In this document: positions 40,050 through 48,237 of the stretch, piece by piece
Position numbering within the stretch: position 1 is the stretch's first letter
Layout: every line of letters starts with the position of its first letter
From: Spirochaetia bacterium
Lineage (GTDB): Bacteria; Spirochaetota; Spirochaetia; DSM-2461
Assembly (NCBI GenBank): GCA_963668315.1
Contig: OY764216.1
Location: 3,520,001-3,584,000 of the forward strand
Length of the DNA stretch: 64,000 bases
Direction: 5' to 3'
Notes under the pieces: model-generated
Told to the model about the DNA's origin: nothing
Database searches by the model: none
Seen by the model: only the letters and a program-made list of their open reading frames with translations
Translations under genes and position numbers: made by a program

Positions 40050-40697
40050 ATGAAAACCGATCGCATGATATATCTGGTTGATGAAACCCGCGATAAGATT
40101 CTGCATGAAGCGAAAATCATGTTCTTCGAGAAGGGCATAGAAGCGACCCGAATGACCGAACTAGCCGAAAAGACACACATGAGCCGGACTTCGCTTTACC
40201 GTTATTTTCTCGATAAGGAGTTCCTTTGCCTGGCCGTTTTTCAGATACTTATGGAGGACATCCGCAATCTGGACGATCGAATCAAAGACACATGCCGGGG
40301 GCTTAACTGCGGCCTTGATAGGGTGGAAACCCTTTTGAAACTGCGATGGCTTTCACCGGATATGATCTCTATCTATCGATTCTTTTCTGAATTTGATACG
40401 ATCTTTTCCGAATCACGGATATCCGAGGAGTTCAGAAAAGAATTCACCCTGATAATCAATAAAAGAGGGGCTGCCGATCCCCTGCTCCTTGACTATATTA
40501 AGGAAGGGCAGAAAGACGGTTCCATACGTGCTGACTTGGACCCGCCTTTATTCGGAGATATCATTAATAACGGAGTAAGGGCCATGCACCACAGACTTCT
40601 TTTAAGGGGAAGCCTTCTCCTGGAATTTTCAGGACAGGATATCAATCGGATCATGGAAGATTATTTGAATATCCTGATTTTCGGAGTGAAGAAATAA
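40050..40697 (+). CDS. TetR/AcrR family regulator
   Basis: N-terminal HTH: FFEKGIEATRMTELAE..MSRTSLYRYF.DKE. Confidence 0.9.
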   Translation: MKTDRMIYLVDETRDKILHEAKIMFFEKGIEATRMTELAEKTHMSRTSLYRYFLDKEFLCLAVFQILMEDIRNLDDRIKDTCRGLNCGLDRVETLLKLRWLSPDMISIYRFFSEFDTIFSESRISEEFRKEFTLIINKRGAADPLLLDYIKEGQKDGSIRADLDPPLFGDIINNGVRAMHHRLLLRGSLLLEFSGQDINRIMEDYLNILIFGVKK

Positions 40698-40713
40698 TCC
40701 TTTCCCCCTGGCC

Positions 40714-40830
40714 GCAGAACGCTGTCCTCCAGAGTTGAACCGCCATCCTGATAATCACATCCGCTTCAGCAGGTAGCCCAGGGCGGAGTGTTTCTCCACT
40801 CCGTCGTAACCAGCGTCCTTTTTTTTATTC
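40714..40830 (-). pseudogene. Short remnant of an NADH:flavin oxidoreductase (Old Yellow Enzyme family)
   Basis: Minus-strand translation gives KDAGYDGVEKHSALGYLL (cf. AGFDGVEIHxAHGYL), then after a stop GGSTLEDSVLR (cf. YGGSLENRxR). Confidence 0.6.
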
Positions 40831-40850
40831 GTCAGTTTCCAAGGGTAATG

Positions 40851-41537
40851 TCAAAAACCCTGTACGTTATTTGAACAACGGGAAAAGAGGCTTTCCACGT
40901 CGTGTATGATGATTTTATTCCGGGCCGTCTCGATGATCCTGGTCGTTCTCAGCTCCTTTAACGCCCGTTCCGTGTTCGGCTGAGAGGCGCCGATGAAATT
41001 TGCCAGGGATTTCTGGGAGAAGGGCACTTCGTTATTATGAATCTGTCTGTTTTTCATATAAAGATAAAGCACATCGCAAATTCTCGTAACACAGCGGTCA
41101 TAGGCCTGACTTACCGAATCGTGGAGAAGATACCTGATAAATTCGCAGTCCGACTCCAGGAGCGCCGTCGCCAGATCGGGGTTCTTAGATGCCATCCGCC
41201 GTAAATCGGCATAGGAAAACTTCAGGACCTCCAGATCAGTAAAAGCCCTCAGAATCAGCTCATAATCCATCTTGTTGTTATGGGAGGACACGCCGATGGG
41301 AAAAACCGATCCCGGACCGAAAAGAACAAGGGATTTTTCGTTACCGTTCTCATGACCGACGGCAAGATGCATGATCCCGTTAAGGATGTAATAGGATGTA
41401 TCATTGATCTTTCCGTATTTTGTGAGCAGCGAATCTTTTTCGTACCTGGCATAGAGGGTATTTTCGTTTCTTATATATGACTCGAATCGGCTGGCCTTGT
41501 TGGAAAAATAGATACTGGGCGTAATTGTCCTTTCCAA
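40851..41537 (-). CDS. Crp/Fnr family transcriptional regulator
   Basis: cNMP-like beta roll (YYILNG, FGPG) and C-terminal HTH SQKSLANFIGAS..NTERALKEL. TTG start with GGAGG RBS. Confidence 0.85.
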   Translation of the reverse strand: MERTITPSIYFSNKASRFESYIRNENTLYARYEKDSLLTKYGKINDTSYYILNGIMHLAVGHENGNEKSLVLFGPGSVFPIGVSSHNNKMDYELILRAFTDLEVLKFSYADLRRMASKNPDLATALLESDCEFIRYLLHDSVSQAYDRCVTRICDVLYLYMKNRQIHNNEVPFSQKSLANFIGASQPNTERALKELRTTRIIETARNKIIIHDVESLFSRCSNNVQGF

Positions 41538-41664
41538 AGTGTCCTCCCTCTTCTTTGCTTGATATTTTAATAATTAAGCGGGAATACGGCAAGGCCGGTA
41601 CTTCTCCGCTGAGGAAAGTACGGCACATATTACCTTATATTTATAGGGAAAATTAAATGCGCCG

Positions 41665-41684
41665 TAACCATCAAATGAGGGTTA
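41665..41684. promoter_or_regulatory. Palindromic candidate operator between the Crp gene and the flavoprotein gene
   Basis: TAACCATCA-AA-TGAGGGTTA (8 of 9 pairs symmetric). Confidence 0.5.
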
Positions 41685-41754
41685 ATCAGAACGGTTACTG
41701 CTGTATGATCTGAAATCAATATTTTTTTACCCATTTATGGGACGGAGGATTAAC

Positions 41755-42905
41755 ATGAAAAAAAGAGTCTGGCACCGGGGAATTATTATGATGATGGTCA
41801 TCATAACCCTGGCTTCCTGCACAAAAGAGTCCGGGAAAAGCGCCGGTTCGGGAAGAATTTCCTATACGCCGGGAACCTATTCGGCCACTGTGGCCAGTAT
41901 GAAAGGTGATCTCACAGTTGCCGTCGAAGTGGATGACTCAAAAATCCTGTCCGTTGCTGTTACGGATATTATCGATACCCATGGAATCGCCGATAAGGCC
42001 GTCGGGACAATCCCCGGGGAAATTGTATCCCGTCAGACATTGACCGTGGATACGGTAAGCGGAGCGACGGTGACATCCATGGCCATTCTTCGCGGGGCAG
42101 AGCTTGCCCTGGAGAAATCGGGTGCCGATACGGACCTTTTAAGGACAGAGGCGAAAAAGGCGGCCAAACCTTCGGGAGACGATGAGATATACGATGTCGT
42201 CATAGTCGGATCCGGTGCTTCGGGATTATCCGCCGCGGTCAGAATCGCAGCGGAGAGCGATCTAAAGGTACTGGTACTGGAAAAACTGGCCTACTACGGA
42301 GGATCCGCCCGGGTCTGCGGGGGAGGCATCTGGGCCATGGGATCTGAAATGAACAGAAATGTGGGCATCGATTCCACGGCGGACGAATACATTTCCTTTA
42401 TGGAAAATCGTTCCGGCAAAACCCTGAACAGATCTCTCCTGACAAATATTCATGACATTTCCGGTTCAACCTTTGATTATCTGGTCAAAAACGGATTGCC
42501 CGTCGATACCCATACCCCGGGCGTGGGCCATGAAGATTCCCGACTTGCCATTGCGTGGGCCTTAAGCAATTCGGATGAACCCTATGAAACGGGCTACGGC
42601 GGAAAGGATAGGACCTATAACGTCCTTGCCGGGAAAGTCATCCTCGCCACCGGCGGTTTTACCAGAAACCGGGAATTAGTCAAAGAATTCTCCCCGGAAT
42701 ACGAAAATGTCATGCCCTTTACGGGAGCGGGCAGCACGGGGGACGGCATAGAGATGACTCGGGCTCTGGAAAACCCAATTATCGGATCCATTCCGGGGTT
42801 CAAGGTTTCGGAAAACTGCCAGGTCCTCAATGATCGGGGAGGGGTGATTCCGTTTACAGCGGAGCCCTTGCGGGTGAACATATTGTAAAAGAGATGTCAA
42901 ATAAT
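41755..42905 (+). pseudogene. Flavinylated FMN-binding/FAD-dependent reductase lipoprotein (flavocytochrome c/urocanate reductase-like) with internal deletions and a frameshift
   Basis: Lipobox LASC, DTVSGAT flavinylation motif, GSGASG, VILATGGF, STGDG. The cap domain and LYAAGE segment are missing. The family-type C-terminus VYSGALAGEHIVKE lies in another frame. The open frame ends at 42888. Confidence 0.7.
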
Positions 42906-42933
42906 CATTTCACCGATCCTTGCGATCTTCTTA

Positions 42934-42965
42934 CCGGCACAGGCTGAATCATGTTCCTGTGCCGG
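42934..42965. terminator. Hairpin between convergent genes
   Basis: CCGGCACAGG-N12-CCTGTGCCGG 10-bp stem. Confidence 0.65.
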
Positions 42966-42976
42966 CAAGGGTGTGC

Positions 42977-45900
42977 TTAATAGAATCCGGCATACATCCG
43001 GTAGACCAGATTCTTGAATAATACCTTGCCCGTATAGGGCCGGTCCGCCAGAATCGGGAACCCATACTGCAGGAACCTCCCCTGCTGTGCGATGGGAAAG
43101 TAATGGGCATAGGCCGTATCGCCGCAGAGGAGATAACCGTTCGCCGGATTCGTATCGCTGCTTCGGTATACCATGGCCCTATAGTCGTAACTGTTGACCG
43201 AGCCACCCAGCGCCGTATAGGACAATTGAGTGGTCGCCCCGTGGACCGGCGTGGTTCCGCCGCTGAATAGAGTACTGGTCAGAGGATAATTCCAGACATT
43301 CGTGCTGGCCGTCCACTGGAGCATAGTAAGATCAGCAGAGGTCGTGTACATTACATGGCCGGCTCCTATCTCCGTCGGATATTGGGTCTGGTAACTCAGT
43401 GAGCCTGAGTAATGCCAGCTGGGATTATTCTCCAGCAGCTGCAGAAAACGGGCTCCCGAGTATCCCATGGCTATGACGCCGCTTCTGTTATTTGTCGTCG
43501 AGGGAGAAAGGCCGGTGTTGTAGCTCCTGTGGGCGATATTCCGTGCGATATTGGGCGTATTGTAGGTATAGTAAGCTCCCGGAGTAATGATGACCGGATC
43601 GCCGTAGATGATATAGCGGTCATCCAGAGTGGTCCAGCTGTTCGTAATTAAGTTCTGAGGCAGCATGGTAACCGTCCAAACCGGTTCGGATCCGCTGATA
43701 TAGGAGCTGTAGGTCGTGGTCAGACTCTCGTTCTCAAAAAGGCTCTTAATCTTGCCGGCTATGGACGTATCGTCCGTATCGCTGCTGTTGTAGACCACGG
43801 TGATATCCGAACTGAACGATATGATGTAATTGCTGTAACGGTCACTCCAGCCGGCGCTGTTGTTATACATGCGTATATATACATAATACACCGTTCCTTC
43901 GGAAATGGTACCCGACACATTTCCCGTATAATAGGTAGGCACGGTGGATGTGCTGCTGCCTGTGGCAACGGCTCCTACGCTGGGATTTGAAGTGGGTGAT
44001 GTGTGAAAATAGGCATAATACGTGTTTGTTCCATATTCCGAGCCATAGGAATTATAATACAGAGTGACATAACCATTGCTGGTTTCGCCCTTGGTAGAGT
44101 TGTACAGCGCCGTATTCCCGTAATGAATAAGGTCCGTACGGGGCGAAACGGAAGAATAGGTTGTATTCCCCGCGGCATCGGCAAAGTAAACCTGAACGGC
44201 CTTGGTTCCGTAGCCTGACGAAAGTGTCCATGATCGGGAATCGGAATAGGAGTATGCCGTGAACCCTCCGGATGTTCCGTTTCGCAGATACATGGTAGTC
44301 GCGCCGGAAACACTGCTGTTCAGAGTAACCGACGTACTGCCCGTGGAGGTGGCATTACTGTTGATAGTAAAGGAACTGAATGAGGGCGGCGTTGTATCGA
44401 GAACGATAATGTCGTATATATATCCCGAGACATTTCCTGCTTCATCCCTGAATTTGACAAGGGCGTACTTTGTTTCATCGCCGGATGTCAGGGAGAATGA
44501 TTTGCCTGTGGAATAGTTTTCCCAGCTGCTCCAGGTTCCCCATCCGTACAGTGAACTGTAGTTGGCGAACTGCATCTGATCCGCTCCGGTAGCGCTGACC
44601 GTCAGAGTAACCGATGTGGATGTGGCATAGGCGGCTCCGCTGTTGATTGAGATGGCTCCGGGGACCGGCAGAGTGGTATCGATGGTTATCGTTCTTGTTC
44701 CGGCGGCAGACCAGTTGCCGGCCAGGTCACGTTCCATGACCTCCAGCGAGGCAGAAACCGTATCTCCCAAAGCCGTTGTATGGGTATAGCTTGTCGCCGT
44801 GGTTTCTTCGGACCAGGCACTCCAGCCGGAACCGTTGTTGAAACGGTACATGTACACGCCCATGCCGCCCCCGCCGGAGTTCCAGGTCAGGGTCGGAGTC
44901 GTGTCATTGGTTTCGGTTTCACTTGTGCCGGTTTGAATCATGCTGACAGTGGGACTGTTCGGTGCCGCCGTATCGATTTGGACACTGCTTGAGGCAATTT
45001 TTCCTACCCAGTCGGTACCGTTTATTCTCTCTTCTATCTGAAAAGTGGTAATCCCGTTGCTCAGGGAGGAAAGGGTTATCGTGTTGTTGGCGGTTACCGT
45101 CCAGTTCGACCCGTCCGTCGAGTACCTGTAGTAATCCGAGGCCGTATCAACTCCGGCGCCCGATTCCCAGGACCAGGTGACGCTGTTTACGTTCCGCAGA
45201 TAGTCTCCGTCGCGGATGAGGTTCGGTTCGGAAGTATAGTCGCTGTCAATCCAAATGGCATGGGAGGATTCGGCAGACCAGTTACCCGCCTCATCCCTTT
45301 CCTGGACGTAAAGGGTGTATTCATACATATCCTCAATGGAAACTCCCATGTAGGAGGTATTTCCCGTTTCCGTCTGCCAATCGAATACGACGACAGTTTC
45401 AGCTGTGTAAGCTCCGCCATTGGATTCCCAGTTCCTTGCTCTTCTGTCAAGACGGTAGCGGTAGACTCCGTTTCCGCCCCCGCCGCTTGTCCAGTTCCAC
45501 GAAGGGGTCGTGCTCGGAGTATGGGTCAGCCCGGCGATCTGGGGGACTGCTGGTGCTGTGGTATCCCATTCCAGGGTATAATAGGCGACTGTCTCGTTGC
45601 CGGCATAATCGGTAACCGTAAGGGAAAGGGTATAGGTGGCGTCCGTGTCGGCCGAAACCGTAGTGGATGATGCCGCGGGTGTTCCGAATGTGACGACTCC
45701 CGTGCCGGAAAGCTGTTCCCACAACCTGGTTTCAACCCCGGTACCCTGATCGGTGACGGTCGCACTGTTATCTATGGTGATCTGGCTGTTGACGGTAAAA
45801 AAGGCCCCGTCGTTATTGATCACGGGATAGATCGTGTCAATATTAACTGAGGCCGATCCCGTTTCCGTATGGTTCCCCGCGTTATCATAGGCTCTGACCT

Positions 45901-48223
45901 TGAGATTTTTCACTCCTTCCGACAGACCTTCCGCAGGGGCGAAACTGGCAATTTCAGTAATGATATACCCGGTCTGTCCCGTAGCGTCGGGAATTTCCCA
46001 ATCGGGAGTCTCGGCGAAACTGACCTTGTAGTAATCACTGCCGGAAACGTCGTCCCAATGCCATTCCGGCTGATTGGTGGAACTGTAGGCGGTGACCGTA
46101 ACATTCGGAGACGGACCGTTGCCTGCTGTCCCCGCCGTATTTCCCGGGGCCGTGACATCCCATACAAGGGGCACCGTTCCGAAGGCTTCATTTCCCGCGG
46201 CATCTGTCACGGTCACTTTGAGTACATATTCGCCCTCCGCATCGGCTTCTACGTCCGGCGCTTCGGCCGCGGTATCGGAAAATGTCAGAACGCCCGGACC
46301 GCTCACCTGTTCCCAGAGATAGGATGAAATGGGATTGGCATCGGTATAAGATCCTGTCTGCGTGGTTGTCTTGTTGATAATCAGCTGATCATCCAGACCA
46401 AAAACGATTCCCGGCTTCGTGGTATCGAGAATAATCGTATCAGAACCGGCCGCAGTCAGATCCACGTTATCGATCACTTCGATCTCCACCGTCTTTATTC
46501 CGTCTCCCGCCGGAAGGGTAATTGTCTGAGTCGGGATCCACTCAATTTCAGGTGCCCCACTAAGATTCCCGTCAGTGGAAATGCGCATTCTGCTGATCCC
46601 GCTGGTGACATCATTCGCATCGACAGTCAATTCAACCGATAAATCCTGATTATTTGTATATTCCGCTTCTCCGTTCAGGGATACGTTGTTGATCACCGGG
46701 GCCGTGGTATCAAGACTGATTTTCAGACGTTCCGGCTCTTCCGTTTCGTTTGAGTCCGTATCCATGAACTTATAGTAGATGTATTTAAAACCGTCCCCCG
46801 AAGGAAGGGTCCAGGGATAGGGATTACCGTTGCTTCCGTAGGGATCGCCGTTTACGTCATAATAGGGCTCCCACTGGGCATCACCTTCAAACAGGGGGAG
46901 GCTACCGTCGTTGTATCCCCAGATTTTCATTCCGTAAATATCGTTATAAGAATCACTGGCGTTTATTACCAGATTGAGGGACGTGGAATTTGTCGCCGTC
47001 GCCGTCGGATGGTCGGCACTGTAATTCTGCGTATCCAGTAGTACCGTCCCGACGGGCGGTTCATTATCAATGGCGTCACCGGTACGGAAAAACCAGCTGT
47101 ATTCCGACTCTATCGGATTTCCCGCGACATCCGTTGCGCTATCTTCCAGATAAACCATGTAATCACCGCCCTGATCCAGATCAAGGCCCGTCAGAAGAAT
47201 CGTATTGTTGGGGTAGATCTCGTTAGGATCGGCTTCTATGTAGCGAAGATCCTCACCTTCTATCCGGGTGTCGCCCTTCATCAGATAGAAATTGCCTTCC
47301 GTCTCTATCAGCCCGTCGATATCATAGGTAGAGATGGTGATACTGTTCGGATCAATCGCTTCTGAAAAGGAGAGGGATATAACCCCGGAATTGGCGGGAT
47401 AATCACTGGAATTCGCCTCGGGAGAAGTCACCGTCACAGCGGGGGCCACCTGATCATACTCAATCAGGGCCGTAGCCAGATCCGAGACATATCGGCTTTC
47501 GTTCCGCACCTGGGCCTCGAAATTGAAAGTCTCCGAGGAAACTCCGCTCAGGGGAAGGGAGACGTCAGTCAGGGACACGGCGTTATCCGTAAGCAGAGCC
47601 CATTCCGGCCACTCACCCGTGGAGAGACGGTAGCGGTACTCCAGATCACCCGTCTCACCTTCCACATTGGATGCCAGGAGATCCACGCGGACCGTATCCT
47701 GATTTGTTGCCGTCCTGCCGTAATCGATTCTGAAATCGCTGATCACCGGCAGAACAGAGGAAGGGGTGCTTTTGGTCGTGAATTCCCATATGAATTCCTC
47801 GGTAAAGTTATTGCCGTCCACATCTTTTATCATGCTGGTGACCGTAACGGAGTAGGTGGTCATGTATTTCAATTCTGTGCTGGGATTAAAATTCGCCGTA
47901 CGGTTCGATACGGAATAGGTGCCCTGAACGGCGGTGTCGTCGGACGTATCCTCCGTATTCGCCGTATTTTTAATAATCAGACTTCCGCTGTTCACACTGT
48001 CTGAATCAATACCCTTCGTAAAGGTGATATAGATGTTATCTATCCCGATATCGATATTCGCTGCGTCCGTATCGGGAAATATGGACTCAATCGACGGGGG
48101 AGTCACAATGATTTCCACTTCTTCATCGATCGTATCGAGCAGATTATTCGGACATCCCGCAGAAATTACGGCCAGGATTACCCCGTAAATAAGAATTCGG
48201 CGCCGGTTACGGTTTTTTAACAT
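42977..48223 (-). CDS. Giant (1748 aa) Ig-like/PKD-like repeat surface lipoprotein, putative adhesin
   Basis: Basic N-terminus, hydrophobic stretch and SAGC lipobox. Two Big_5-like domains (I.ITF...ID..S; KDVDGN/TDVAGN...W.F.T), recurrent DTTxP linkers and DxAGN motifs, two LWEQ.SG.G..TF repeats. Confidence 0.8.
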   Translation of the reverse strand: MLKNRNRRRILIYGVILAVISAGCPNNLLDTIDEEVEIIVTPPSIESIFPDTDAANIDIGIDNIYITFTKGIDSDSVNSGSLIIKNTANTEDTSDDTAVQGTYSVSNRTANFNPSTELKYMTTYSVTVTSMIKDVDGNNFTEEFIWEFTTKSTPSSVLPVISDFRIDYGRTATNQDTVRVDLLASNVEGETGDLEYRYRLSTGEWPEWALLTDNAVSLTDVSLPLSGVSSETFNFEAQVRNESRYVSDLATALIEYDQVAPAVTVTSPEANSSDYPANSGVISLSFSEAIDPNSITISTYDIDGLIETEGNFYLMKGDTRIEGEDLRYIEADPNEIYPNNTILLTGLDLDQGGDYMVYLEDSATDVAGNPIESEYSWFFRTGDAIDNEPPVGTVLLDTQNYSADHPTATATNSTSLNLVINASDSYNDIYGMKIWGYNDGSLPLFEGDAQWEPYYDVNGDPYGSNGNPYPWTLPSGDGFKYIYYKFMDTDSNETEEPERLKISLDTTAPVINNVSLNGEAEYTNNQDLSVELTVDANDVTSGISRMRISTDGNLSGAPEIEWIPTQTITLPAGDGIKTVEIEVIDNVDLTAAGSDTIILDTTKPGIVFGLDDQLIINKTTTQTGSYTDANPISSYLWEQVSGPGVLTFSDTAAEAPDVEADAEGEYVLKVTVTDAAGNEAFGTVPLVWDVTAPGNTAGTAGNGPSPNVTVTAYSSTNQPEWHWDDVSGSDYYKVSFAETPDWEIPDATGQTGYIITEIASFAPAEGLSEGVKNLKVRAYDNAGNHTETGSASVNIDTIYPVINNDGAFFTVNSQITIDNSATVTDQGTGVETRLWEQLSGTGVVTFGTPAASSTTVSADTDATYTLSLTVTDYAGNETVAYYTLEWDTTAPAVPQIAGLTHTPSTTPSWNWTSGGGGNGVYRYRLDRRARNWESNGGAYTAETVVVFDWQTETGNTSYMGVSIEDMYEYTLYVQERDEAGNWSAESSHAIWIDSDYTSEPNLIRDGDYLRNVNSVTWSWESGAGVDTASDYYRYSTDGSNWTVTANNTITLSSLSNGITTFQIEERINGTDWVGKIASSSVQIDTAAPNSPTVSMIQTGTSETETNDTTPTLTWNSGGGGMGVYMYRFNNGSGWSAWSEETTATSYTHTTALGDTVSASLEVMERDLAGNWSAAGTRTITIDTTLPVPGAISINSGAAYATSTSVTLTVSATGADQMQFANYSSLYGWGTWSSWENYSTGKSFSLTSGDETKYALVKFRDEAGNVSGYIYDIIVLDTTPPSFSSFTINSNATSTGSTSVTLNSSVSGATTMYLRNGTSGGFTAYSYSDSRSWTLSSGYGTKAVQVYFADAAGNTTYSSVSPRTDLIHYGNTALYNSTKGETSNGYVTLYYNSYGSEYGTNTYYAYFHTSPTSNPSVGAVATGSSTSTVPTYYTGNVSGTISEGTVYYVYIRMYNNSAGWSDRYSNYIISFSSDITVVYNSSDTDDTSIAGKIKSLFENESLTTTYSSYISGSEPVWTVTMLPQNLITNSWTTLDDRYIIYGDPVIITPGAYYTYNTPNIARNIAHRSYNTGLSPSTTNNRSGVIAMGYSGARFLQLLENNPSWHYSGSLSYQTQYPTEIGAGHVMYTTSADLTMLQWTASTNVWNYPLTSTLFSGGTTPVHGATTQLSYTALGGSVNSYDYRAMVYRSSDTNPANGYLLCGDTAYAHYFPIAQQGRFLQYGFPILADRPYTGKVLFKNLVYRMYAGFY

Positions 48224-48237
48224 CTCCTCTCCCTCCC

